Below, in pieces: positions 28,349 to 37,696 of a stretch of DNA of 64,000 nucleotides. The notes beneath the pieces were generated by a model. That model ran no database searches. It was not told the origin of the DNA and saw only the letters and a list, made by a program, of their open reading frames with translations. The stretch is taken from positions 51,139 to 115,138 of the forward strand of contig CAYJLA010000001.1 of the NCBI GenBank assembly GCA_964371305.1, read 5' to 3'. The translations under genes were made by a program, and so were the position numbers. Source of the stretch: an uncultured Staphylococcaceae bacterium (lineage in GTDB: Bacteria; Bacillota_I; Bacilli_A; RFN20; CAG-826). Every line of letters begins with the position of its first letter. Positions within the stretch are counted from its first letter, which is position 1.

Positions 28349-29476
28349 TTACCTTTTCCAATTAGGTTGTACTTCGTATACTTTGTTAAGAGTTAACTCA
28401 AACAATTCTTTTTCGGTTTTTATTTTGCCTACAGGGATATTCTTCATTGCCTTTTCTTTTTTTCTTATTGCGAATCTTAACTCGCTTTCAGATCCTTCAA
28501 TAACGCCCACAAGCAGTGCGTACGCCCTTATGCTTTCAAGATTTTTGTCGTTTGATATAAATGATTTAAATTCTTTATTGATATTTTCTTTTACGAATTC
28601 CTTACCATCTTCCAAACTACTTGTGTAAATTCTTATAAACAACTTGTAAGCTTCAACTCTTCCTGCAGTATCGGTAGATACTTTTTCTTTTTGCGCAAGT
28701 AATTTATCAACAAGTTTTTCTGCATCTTCAAATTTTTCTTTTAATATAAGAAAATTAACGCTTGTTAAGTTTACGGTAGCGGTAAAGTCAGATATTTCAT
28801 CGAACTCCTTAATATTATCTATTTCCTCACCCACTACTTGTAGTGCCTCAATTCTCATCATTTCATTGTATGCATCAACATTTATAGGCTTTGACATAAT
28901 AACAAGTCTATAGCCATCGTTCGAACTATCAAGTTTTGCAGGAAAGATATTATATAACTGTATGATGCCGCCTGTTGCAGATATAACAATACATAAGAGA
29001 CTAGCGATCTTTATAGAGTCATACTCTTCACCACTGTTTGCTATGTTGTAAAAAATAACTGACCCAACTAAAACAAGAATATATAAAATAAACGGCATAA
29101 ATGCATATGGTTTAGGCTTGCTAGTGTCTGTCTTTGGAGCAACCCTTGTTTCGCCAGTTAAACCATCGAACATTTTAAATCTAAACTTCCAACTTCCTTT
29201 TGTTTTATAAAAGTTGAAACCAAGCATGTTAACACTTATAACATTATAGCCACCCATCTTAGCGCCAATAATATGCCCAAGTTCTATCAAAATGACATTT
29301 ACTAAAATACCTATTACTATAAACAATAAAGTCCACCAAACATCTAAATCTGCTCCACCTGGAAAAAACGCTGCATAACTTTGAACATTTGGTAAAATAA
29401 CGACCGTCCCCACAACCAGCGCTGCAGCGCACATGATTGCATAAACAATCAAACAAATTCCATCTTCTTTTCTCAT
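28349..29476 (-). CDS. M50/site-2-protease-like membrane protein with degenerate zinc motif (IELGH instead of HELGH) and cytoplasmic helical/TPR-like C-terminal domain
   Basis: LIELGHIIGAKMGGY aligns to the S2P HExxH block (LHELGHALAARRFG). NIFPAKLDSSNDG aligns to the NxxPxxPLDGG block. The first His ligand is replaced by Ile. About 4 TM helices, then about 200 aa of helical repeats. Confidence 0.5.
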   Translation of the reverse strand: MRKEDGICLIVYAIMCAAALVVGTVVILPNVQSYAAFFPGGADLDVWWTLLFIVIGILVNVILIELGHIIGAKMGGYNVISVNMLGFNFYKTKGSWKFRFKMFDGLTGETRVAPKTDTSKPKPYAFMPFILYILVLVGSVIFYNIANSGEEYDSIKIASLLCIVISATGGIIQLYNIFPAKLDSSNDGYRLVIMSKPINVDAYNEMMRIEALQVVGEEIDNIKEFDEISDFTATVNLTSVNFLILKEKFEDAEKLVDKLLAQKEKVSTDTAGRVEAYKLFIRIYTSSLEDGKEFVKENINKEFKSFISNDKNLESIRAYALLVGVIEGSESELRFAIRKKEKAMKNIPVGKIKTEKELFELTLNKVYEVQPNWKR

Positions 29477-29737
29477 TTAACTTCTCCTATGATATAACTT
29501 TATGATTGTGACCAACCATACGTGTGTCATAAATATAGTTATTACATATTATATGTATTATACATTGAATTTAGCAAAAACAATACCTTAACAGTCGTTT
29601 TTATACATTTTCTAATATTAAGAGTGTATTTTTTACAAAAAACATTACTAAAATATTATGTAACCGCTTTCATTTTTTGTTGAAATTCTATTTATGCCTT
29701 GTTAAAATAATATTAGCAATAATAAAAGGGGAGACAA

Positions 29738-30388
29738 ATGAAGAAATTTTTGTTACCACTTTCAGTAATGTTTGTTTTAGCCATTACTGCATGTAACCCA
29801 AACACCACCGACACCTCTACAACGAAAGATGGAGGTGTAACAGTAACAACTCAGAACACTGTTACAGGTTCTGAAACCCCAACTGATGCACCGGTTACAA
29901 CCGAATTACCTACTGAGCCAAGTGTTACAGATACACCAACTGAGCCAAGCGTTACAGAAATCCCAAGCAACCCTACAGAAGTTCCTAGCGTTTCAACAAC
30001 TGTAGAAACTCGTGATCCAAATTTAAGAAAAGTCACTTTTAATGTAAGTATCCCGTCAGCACTTGAAAGTAATCAAAGTATTACAATTGCTGGAACAATG
30101 AACAATTGGACGCCTGCAAACACAGAATGGGTTTTAGAAAAAGTGACAAATACAACTTATACATTAACAAAAGAGTTTGATGTCACAGATGTACCTACTG
30201 ATGATACATCAGGAAGATGTGCATATAAGTACACAATACAAACTCCAGGAATGACCAACCCATGGGACTTAGTAGAAAAAGCAAGTGATGGTAGCGAAAT
30301 AGAAGATAGAGTAATTAATTTAAATAGTTTTGAATACGAAACAACTGTTAATGATACAGTAGCTAAATGGGATGTAGCTGGAAATTAA
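29738..30388 (+). CDS. Lipoprotein with Thr/Pro-rich linker and CBM48/CBM20-like (glycogen/starch-binding) domain
   Basis: Lipobox LAITAC. Linker repeats PTEPSVTDT/PTEPSVTEI. Domain SITIAGTMNNWTPANTEWVLEKV..YTLTKEF resembles the AMPK-beta/CBM48 block GSFNNW...W. Confidence 0.55.
   Translation: MKKFLLPLSVMFVLAITACNPNTTDTSTTKDGGVTVTTQNTVTGSETPTDAPVTTELPTEPSVTDTPTEPSVTEIPSNPTEVPSVSTTVETRDPNLRKVTFNVSIPSALESNQSITIAGTMNNWTPANTEWVLEKVTNTTYTLTKEFDVTDVPTDDTSGRCAYKYTIQTPGMTNPWDLVEKASDGSEIEDRVINLNSFEYETTVNDTVAKWDVAGN
29909..29962 (+). repeat. 27-nt tandem repeat, two copies, encoding PTEPSVT(D/E)x in the lipoprotein linker
   Basis: cc(t/a)actgagccaag(t/c)gttacaga(t/a)a.. appears twice in tandem. Confidence 0.6.
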
Positions 30389-30401
30389 TCAGCTTATCTA
30401 A

Positions 30402-30947
30402 TTAAAAACCCTCAAATTGAGGTTTTTTCATGTTTTGATTGATAACTTCATCGACTCCATTGAAAATCTTTAAATAATCTTTAACTGTAACGTTTTTGTC
30501 TTTTAAAAGTAACACCTCAACTCTACTACTTATCTCTTTAGTATATAAATTAGAAATGGACTTACATATAACTCTGTTATTTTCCTTATTATTTAGAAAC
30601 TTTCTTTCTAAAGAAACTAGTGTAATATCATAAAAAAACCTATATAAGAAGTTTTCAAAAGTGGACTCTGCTCCAATCTTATAAACGTGTGAAATTACTT
30701 GCTTGTTATCGTTGATATACGTATCAAGGATAGAGAAGTCTAAGTCCAAATATTTATTGCCGTTTAGTTTGCTTGTTTCTCCTAAATAATAAGCCTCTAA
30801 TACATCGTATACATTTTCAAAATGATAGTAAAAAGTTTGTCTTTTGATGTTAAGTTTTTTGCACAACTTACTTACAGTTATACCTGATAAATCATCGTTC
30901 TTTATTAATTCCAACAGACAGTCAACGATTTTCTTTTCTGTATTCAT
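30402..30947 (-). CDS. TetR-family transcriptional regulator
   Basis: N-terminal HTH ITVSKLCKKLNIKRQTFYYHFENVYDVL, a TetR signature. 181 aa. Start overlaps the psuG stop (TAATG). Confidence 0.7.
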   Translation of the reverse strand: MNTEKKIVDCLLELIKNDDLSGITVSKLCKKLNIKRQTFYYHFENVYDVLEAYYLGETSKLNGNKYLDLDFSILDTYINDNKQVISHVYKIGAESTFENFLYRFFYDITLVSLERKFLNNKENNRVICKSISNLYTKEISSRVEVLLLKDKNVTVKDYLKIFNGVDEVINQNMKKPQFEGF

Positions 30948-31843
30948 TATTTACATAGTTCCTTAGCTATAAGTGCACCTACTTTTGCATTATTTAATAT
31001 AAGTTGTATATTTGCATTGAGCGACTTTCCACCGCTGATTTCCGAAACTCTTTTCAACAAGAAAGGAGTAACGTCTTTACCAAGAATATTTTGGTTTACT
31101 GATTCAGCAATTGCTGTGTCGATTATTTTATTAATTTCTTCTGCTCTTATTTCATACTCAGATGGAACAGGGTTTGAAATCAACACCCCGCCTTCTAACT
31201 TCATCTCTCTTTTCGTTTTAATTATTTTAGCAATTTCTTTGACATCTTGGAACACATTTTCTAATTTAATGCTTGAACTTCTGGAGTAAAATGCTGCTAG
31301 TTCATCGCTTCTATAAGACAACACTGGAACACCTTTTGTTTCAAGATACTCCATAGTTAAATTTAAATCCAGAATCGCTTTTGCTCCAGCACACACAACA
31401 CTTACATTTGTATTCGCCAGTTCTTCAAGATCAGCAGAAATATCAAACGTGTTTTCGCCATTACGATGTACACCTCCAATACCTCCAGTAACAAATACTT
31501 CAATACCTGCCATGGCGGCACATATCATTGTAGCAGCAACTGTTGTTGCTCCCCATAGTCCTTGACTAACAACTATAGGTAAATCTCTTCTTGATACTTT
31601 CTTAATGCCTTTTTTTAGACCAAATTCATTTATTTCTTCTTTTGTCATGCCAATGACTATTTCACCATCAATTATTCCTATAGTTGCAGGAATAACTCCT
31701 TGATCAGCGATTGTTTTTTCAACTTCTAATGCTGTTTCAACGTTTCGAGGATATGGCATTCCATGTGAAATTATTGTTGATTCTAAAGCAACAACCGGTT
31801 TGTGATTTAGTAGCGCTTCTTTAACTATTGGATTAATTCTCAT
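30947..31843 (-). CDS. psuG: Pseudouridine-5'-phosphate glycosidase
   Basis: Indigoidine-synthase-A-like/PsuG family blocks (VALESTIISHGMPYP, GGIGGVHR). 298 aa. No psuK adjacent. Confidence 0.75.
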   Translation of the reverse strand: MRINPIVKEALLNHKPVVALESTIISHGMPYPRNVETALEVEKTIADQGVIPATIGIIDGEIVIGMTKEEINEFGLKKGIKKVSRRDLPIVVSQGLWGATTVAATMICAAMAGIEVFVTGGIGGVHRNGENTFDISADLEELANTNVSVVCAGAKAILDLNLTMEYLETKGVPVLSYRSDELAAFYSRSSSIKLENVFQDVKEIAKIIKTKREMKLEGGVLISNPVPSEYEIRAEEINKIIDTAIAESVNQNILGKDVTPFLLKRVSEISGGKSLNANIQLILNNAKVGALIAKELCK

Positions 31844-34331
31844 CTTGTTCTCCTTTAATTGCTTTTATTCTTCTTGAATACGACTTTTTTACCATATAAG
31901 TAATAAAAATTAATAAAATAGATGTTATAACGGTTGTAATACTACCCATAATAATGGTTTCAACAGAGTCAACTATCGCTTGATATTCTATTTTTAATAT
32001 ACTTCCTGAACCAAAGAAGAACATATCGATGTTGGAATAGTATAGTGTTACATCAAGCGCAAAGAAACCAACAACGAGAACAAAAATGATGCCCGTTAAA
32101 ATACCTCTATACTTATCAAACGGGAAACATATCAAACAAAAAACTACAAAACTTATGATTGTAAACATTATAACGGACATACCAACTACCGCGTTATATG
32201 TAAATATCGCTGGATTAATAGTGTTAGCAACAAACATACTAATAACTGCAAAAGCCATTAAAACACCCGCTGGAACAGAGTAATTTAAAATATTTGCCAT
32301 CAAAGATCCTTCAACTTTGTTTCGATTTGGTTGAATAGCTAAAAAGAAAGACCCAAGACCAATAGTAATTAACTCCCAAATATATAAACTATTAGTTATA
32401 AATGGATATTTAATTTCTGAGTTTATCCATCCCGCAAACATAAAAACACACGAAATTATGATTGCAAAAATAGTCTTTACCAAAAACAGCGATGACGCTC
32501 TTTGTATATTATTAATAACTCTTCTTCCTTCTCCTACAACATCCGGAAAAGATGAAAAATCACTATCAGTTGAAACAAGGTGAGAAATAGTCTTAGCCGC
32601 ATCTGCTCCAGACGCCATAGCAATCGAACAGTCTGCTTTCTTTAAAGCTAATATATCATTTACTCCGTCGCCGGTCATCGCTACTTTTTTACCTAACTTT
32701 TGTAACGCACCGATTAACGTCTCTTTTTGTTCTGGAGTTACTCGTCCAAAAACATTATATGAATCTGCTATTGTTTCAGTTTCTTGAAGAGAGACACCCG
32801 CTAAAGAAATTGTCTTGTCATATCCTTCAATTCCAACTTGTTGGGCAATTTGAGATACAGAAACAGCACTATCGCCTGAAATAACTTTAATTTCAACACC
32901 GTTATTTTTAAACCACTCAATGATCTTAATTGCATTTTCTTTGATGTTTTCCTTCGATATGACTAAACCTATCACTGTAATTTTACCAGTAACATTATCA
33001 TCTTTTATCTCTGAATTAGTTTTACCTATAAGCAGAACACGTCTTCCCATCATTTCATATTTTTTTATATCTTCTTGAATTTCATCCTTGTTTACGTAGT
33101 CAAAGAAGTTGTTTGCTCCCATTATGATGGTGTCACCTTGGGTGAATGTAACTGCCGACATTTTCTTATCGCTATCAAAAGGTATGGTCTTTTTAGCGAT
33201 AAGATTTGTTTCGTTTCCAAACTGTTTTATTAATCCTTTAGCTGTTAAATTCATATCTTTTGTTCCGACAATGACACCTTTAACATACTCAATTATTTCT
33301 TCTTTGGTGTTTTTTTCAAAAGGAACTATTTCTTCTACAACCATCGTGCCATCTGTCAAGGTTCCAGTCTTATCTAGACATAAAACATCAATTCTAGCAA
33401 GCATTTCAATGCAATACAACTCATGCACAAGCATTCTCTTTTTGCTTAAAACAACAACACCAACTGCTAAAGTGATAGAAGTGAGTAAGTACATCCCTAT
33501 CGGTATCATCGCAACTAACGATCCTGCGAAATTACCTACAACACTCACATAGTATTCATAATCAAATAAATTACCGCCGAAACTTAAAGTTATAATTTGT
33601 AAAATTGCGATTACAGTAACAATAATACCCAAGACATTAAATAAAGTTCCATATGATTTAATGATTTCTGACTTAGGTCTAGAAAATTTATTTGCTTGGT
33701 TTTGAATAGATTCAGCATAGTTAGCTTTACCGACTTTAACAACTTGTACTAATGCTTCGCCACTTGTGACATAACTCACACCAAACACAAAATCATCAAC
33801 TTCTTTTTTGCACGGAACAGATTCACCTGTCAAAAACGATTCATTTACAGTTATTCGCCCTTCTCTAATTATGCAATCAGAAGGAATTTGGCATCCACTA
33901 CTTAAAATCAATATATCACTTAACGCAACTTCATCAAAATTGATAACCTTTTTTTCTCCACCTCTAATAACCGTTACCTTTTGTGCAGTAAGTAAAGAAA
34001 GTTTGCTGATAAGAACTCGAGCCTTGATGTCTTGAAACATACCTATACCGACGTTGATACATAAAATAAATAAGAAAACCATGCTTGAGTATAGTTCTGC
34101 TATTCCTAACAATATCGCAATTAAAACAAGCAAAATATTAAAATAGTTAAATAGATTCCCAAATATTATAGCCGCATAACTCTTTGTGACTTTTTTAGGC
34201 ACAGAATTCCACAAACCTTCTTTCTTTCTAATCTCAACTTGCTCTTTACTTAATCCTTGTTGAGTATTAACTTCAAAATTTTGCGCCTCTTCAATCTTTT
34301 GTTCTATAGTTTTATAAATTCTTTTTCTCAT
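31833..34331 (-). CDS. Cation-transporting P-type ATPase (P2-type, Ca2+/Mg2+-like)
   Basis: DKTGTLT phosphorylation motif. GDGVND hinge. TGES actuator-like motif (TGESVP). 10 TM segments. Overlaps psuG by 11 nt. Confidence 0.8.
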   Translation of the reverse strand: MRKRIYKTIEQKIEEAQNFEVNTQQGLSKEQVEIRKKEGLWNSVPKKVTKSYAAIIFGNLFNYFNILLVLIAILLGIAELYSSMVFLFILCINVGIGMFQDIKARVLISKLSLLTAQKVTVIRGGEKKVINFDEVALSDILILSSGCQIPSDCIIREGRITVNESFLTGESVPCKKEVDDFVFGVSYVTSGEALVQVVKVGKANYAESIQNQANKFSRPKSEIIKSYGTLFNVLGIIVTVIAILQIITLSFGGNLFDYEYYVSVVGNFAGSLVAMIPIGMYLLTSITLAVGVVVLSKKRMLVHELYCIEMLARIDVLCLDKTGTLTDGTMVVEEIVPFEKNTKEEIIEYVKGVIVGTKDMNLTAKGLIKQFGNETNLIAKKTIPFDSDKKMSAVTFTQGDTIIMGANNFFDYVNKDEIQEDIKKYEMMGRRVLLIGKTNSEIKDDNVTGKITVIGLVISKENIKENAIKIIEWFKNNGVEIKVISGDSAVSVSQIAQQVGIEGYDKTISLAGVSLQETETIADSYNVFGRVTPEQKETLIGALQKLGKKVAMTGDGVNDILALKKADCSIAMASGADAAKTISHLVSTDSDFSSFPDVVGEGRRVINNIQRASSLFLVKTIFAIIISCVFMFAGWINSEIKYPFITNSLYIWELITIGLGSFFLAIQPNRNKVEGSLMANILNYSVPAGVLMAFAVISMFVANTINPAIFTYNAVVGMSVIMFTIISFVVFCLICFPFDKYRGILTGIIFVLVVGFFALDVTLYYSNIDMFFFGSGSILKIEYQAIVDSVETIIMGSITTVITSILLIFITYMVKKSYSRRIKAIKGEQDEN

Positions 34332-34698
34332 AATGCACCATTTAAACTAATTTTCTTTCACTTTTTATTTTATATTTGTTTTGTTACAGTGTAAAACAAT
34401 ATTTAGGTTTTGTTATAAACTATAGTTTATTAGTCGAAAAGTCGTTCATTCAATTTCAGGTTTTGTTTAATTTTAAAACATTATGTTAAAATTTTTAGAA
34501 ATTAGTATTTAAATTTAAAGTTGTTTATGAAATTTGTGTGTATTTGGTTTTATTAATTGATGAAACCTATATTAAAATACATTTTCGTTAAAGTTCAGTT
34601 GTTTTTACAGAGCACATTATTGTTTACAAGATTATTAAATCTCATTATAATAATTATTGTCTTATATTAAGACGCTCTGGTTGTCACATAGTTCCCTC

Positions 34699-35163
34699 CT
34701 AGTCGTGACGACCTTTTCTTTTGTTTTTGAAAAAATCTTTGAGGATTTGTGAACACTCTTCTTGAAGGATTCCTCCTACGCATGTTGGGTAATGGTTTAG
34801 GTTATCTTTGTTGAATGATTTATGAGCACTTATTAAGGCGCCGTTTTTTGGGTCGTACGCACCAAAAAATACATTAGGTATTCTACTCCACATAATTGCG
34901 CCAGAACACATTAAACAAGGTTCTAAAGTCACGTATAATTTACAGTCAATGAGACGCCAATTTTGTAATTTCTTTTGCGCTTTTTTAATTGCCAAAACTT
35001 CTGAATGAGCAAATATATCTTGTTTTGTTTCTTTTAAGTTATGGGATCTAGCGATTATTTTGTCATTTAAAACAATAACACACCCGACAGGCACTTCATC
35101 ATGCAGCAAGCTTTTTTTAGCCTCTTTTAAAGCTTCTGCCATATAATATTCATGTGATTTCAT
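34699..35163 (-). CDS. tadA: tRNA-specific adenosine deaminase
   Basis: CDA zinc motifs HAEVLAI and PCLMCSGAI. 154 aa. Confidence 0.85.
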   Translation of the reverse strand: MKSHEYYMAEALKEAKKSLLHDEVPVGCVIVLNDKIIARSHNLKETKQDIFAHSEVLAIKKAQKKLQNWRLIDCKLYVTLEPCLMCSGAIMWSRIPNVFFGAYDPKNGALISAHKSFNKDNLNHYPTCVGGILQEECSQILKDFFKNKRKGRHD

Positions 35164-35173
35164 ATTAATTTAA

Positions 35174-35256
35174 AACCATCGCACATACATTAAACTACTT
35201 AAGGATGCTACATTCCTGTCCTGACCTGGTTCATAGCCACGTATCGCGATGGCACA
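35174..35256 (-). ncRNA. ffs: Signal recognition particle RNA (small 4.5S-type)
   Basis: The minus strand reads GUGCCAUCGCGAUACGUGGCUAUGAACCAGGUCAGGACAGGAAUGUAGCAUCCUUAAGUAGUUUAAUGUAUGUGCGAUGG. The domain IV signature AGGUCAGG..GGAA(tetraloop)..AGCA is present. Terminal helix CCAUCGC/GCGAUGG. Linked to tadA as in Bacillus (tadA-scr). Confidence 0.6.
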
Positions 35257-35289
35257 TTAATTTTAAACTATTTTGCAAAATAAATAAAG

Positions 35290-37695
35290 TTATATGTCAT
35301 ACTTCGACATAATTTCTGCAGGCGTCTTTCTTAATAACATGAATACAGGCAATAAACCAATTATCAAATTAATCAGCCCTATCGCAATAAATAATGGTAT
35401 AGCAACATATATTGGCATGAAGAAAAAAGTTAAATCTCTAAGTGAATACATTATTCCGTTCGCTATTAAGAAACCAATCAAAGAGGTTGTTAATGTGATG
35501 GCGATAATTTCACCAGCAAACAGTTTATATATATCTGTTTTGCTTACCCCTAAACACCTATAAATGCCAACTTCTCTAATTCTTAAAAATAAAGACGATC
35601 TAATAACAAAGTATAAATATATACCAGCAATAAAGAAAAATACAGCGGAGACAATTTGTAAGTTAATTGTAATTTGAAGATTAACTTCTTTATAGTGTTC
35701 TAACTCTTCCTCAAAAGCATTAACTATAGGTAAGTCGTTAGTTTTTATATAATCGTCAAACGATTCTTTATCATATGCATATATGCGAGAGTAAAAAAGA
35801 CTATATCCATCATATTTACAGTTAAGTACGTTAAATGCGCTTTTATTTACCATATACTCAACTTCTTCATCAACACTTTCTTCAAAGTACCCCTTAACTA
35901 TAAAGTCAAGATGATCAATTTCAATTGTAGAACCAACCACTGTATCTTTATTTGAAACTAACACATCATTAAAACCAAGTGTTGTTAAATCATAATCAGT
36001 AGTAAAACCATCAGTATAGTCGATACTAACAGTTTCTAGTGAATCATAAGTTGATGACAAAGAATATATTGTTTGAGGATGAACATAGTAAGTTAAGTTA
36101 TTGCGATTAATTATGCCAGAAACACTCAACTCATAGATATCAGCGTCATTGTAATTTTCTAAATTGCTATTAGAGTATGTAATTGTAGAAAAAAGCAAAT
36201 CCTCGACTTCATTAAGTCCAGAACTTTTATTTAATTCAACTATTTTATTTGCTAGTGCTAAATCAACAAGAACTTCAAAACGATTTTCTGGCGCTCTGCC
36301 AGCCACCATTTTCTCGTCTTTATTTAAAACAGTAAATGGAGAAATGGTAGACGAATTGAACATGAGATTATCATATCGGGAGTATTTATTGTATAAATTA
36401 AAACTAGAGTCACTAATCTTTAGAGAATCATCCATAATAAGAACATCGTTATTTTTTGCCAAATCAGTTATATCAATATCACTTTTTTCATCATCGTATA
36501 TTTCATTTGAATAATATATATTTTGGTTTGTTGAAGCGAATTCTTCTGGGTTAATAATTATTGTTTTTAACAACGTCCCAAGAGCTATGCAAGTGATAAA
36601 CGCTGAAATAGCTAATCCACTTAACATAAATTTTTGTCTTCTCTTTGATTTAAAAACCTTGCGGAAACCACCTAAAATTTCGTTTTTAAGCGTTACATGC
36701 GCTCTTCTTTGAACAGTTTTATCAAAATCATCTAAACTAAAAACTAACTCTTCTTTTAAATCACTATTAGTAAATTTTGGTTTGTCACCTTCTTTTAGTT
36801 TGATCTCGTTTTCGTCTGTTAATATGTTAATAGGTACTTCGCTATTACCTATCGACAAATATACTGCACCATTTTTATTTACTAAATTAATTTCTACTTT
36901 ATTTTTCTCTTGTTGGTGATAATAGTTCACTTTAATAGATTCGTTTGAAATTTCTTCTTTCTTATATTCACCTAGATATATATTTCTGTCGTCGTTATTT
37001 TCAAAAACAGTTTCAGAATTATTTTCAACATCAGAGACTATTTTACCATCGACTAACTTTATAATTCTATCGCCATAAAAATTAGCAATTCTTTCTTCGT
37101 GTGTCACCAACACAACTAAGCGATTTTTAGCAATAGCTTTAATAATAGCCATTATGTTGTTTGTGTTAACTTCATCCAAATTTCCTGTTGGTTCATCAGC
37201 TATTATAACTTCAGGACACTTTACAATCGCCCTTGCGATAGCGATTCGTTGTTGTTGTCCGCCAGATAATTGAGTTACGTTTCTTTTGTGAAATTTGCTC
37301 ATTGAAACAATATCAAGCGCATCCATTACTTTTTCTTTTATTTCATCTTGAGATAACTTAAAGGTTTTAAGTGCAAAACACACATTTTCAAATACCGTTT
37401 CATCTTTGATTAATTTGTAATCTTGAAAAATATATCCAATTTTTTCGTTCCTAATCACATCCCATTGGTTAGCGTTATATTTACTTATGTTTTGGTTCGC
37501 AATGTCAATTGTTCCGTTTGCTACACTATCTAAGCCACCAATAACATTTAAAAGGGTTGTTTTGCCACTTCCAGAAGCACCTAACAAACAAACAAGCCCT
37601 TTATTAGGGAAATCAAGAGATACATTGTTCAACACATGTATTTCATTATTTTTGTTTTTATTATAATATTTATTGAGTTGTTGAGTTTTGATCAT
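35290..37695 (-). CDS. MacB-type ABC transporter, fused N-terminal ATPase plus FtsX-like permease with large extracytoplasmic domain
   Basis: Walker [16 protein letters not shown] signature LSGGQQQR. Walker [10 protein letters not shown]-terminal 4-TM FtsX-like domain. Start at 37695 forms TAAtATG with the upstream gene, with AAGGAG inside that gene's end. Confidence 0.75.
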   Translation of the reverse strand: MIKTQQLNKYYNKNKNNEIHVLNNVSLDFPNKGLVCLLGASGSGKTTLLNVIGGLDSVANGTIDIANQNISKYNANQWDVIRNEKIGYIFQDYKLIKDETVFENVCFALKTFKLSQDEIKEKVMDALDIVSMSKFHKRNVTQLSGGQQQRIAIARAIVKCPEVIIADEPTGNLDEVNTNNIMAIIKAIAKNRLVVLVTHEERIANFYGDRIIKLVDGKIVSDVENNSETVFENNDDRNIYLGEYKKEEISNESIKVNYYHQQEKNKVEINLVNKNGAVYLSIGNSEVPINILTDENEIKLKEGDKPKFTNSDLKEELVFSLDDFDKTVQRRAHVTLKNEILGGFRKVFKSKRRQKFMLSGLAISAFITCIALGTLLKTIIINPEEFASTNQNIYYSNEIYDDEKSDIDITDLAKNNDVLIMDDSLKISDSSFNLYNKYSRYDNLMFNSSTISPFTVLNKDEKMVAGRAPENRFEVLVDLALANKIVELNKSSGLNEVEDLLFSTITYSNSNLENYNDADIYELSVSGIINRNNLTYYVHPQTIYSLSSTYDSLETVSIDYTDGFTTDYDLTTLGFNDVLVSNKDTVVGSTIEIDHLDFIVKGYFEESVDEEVEYMVNKSAFNVLNCKYDGYSLFYSRIYAYDKESFDDYIKTNDLPIVNAFEEELEHYKEVNLQITINLQIVSAVFFFIAGIYLYFVIRSSLFLRIREVGIYRCLGVSKTDIYKLFAGEIIAITLTTSLIGFLIANGIMYSLRDLTFFFMPIYVAIPLFIAIGLINLIIGLLPVFMLLRKTPAEIMSKYDI

Positions 37696-37696
37696 A

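Noticed and set aside
34332-34698. 367-nt AT-rich intergenic region scanned for a riboswitch, tRNA or small RNA
   Set aside because: No cloverleaf, no conserved riboswitch core and no convincing long hairpins were seen. It is most simply the promoter/leader of the P-type ATPase operon.
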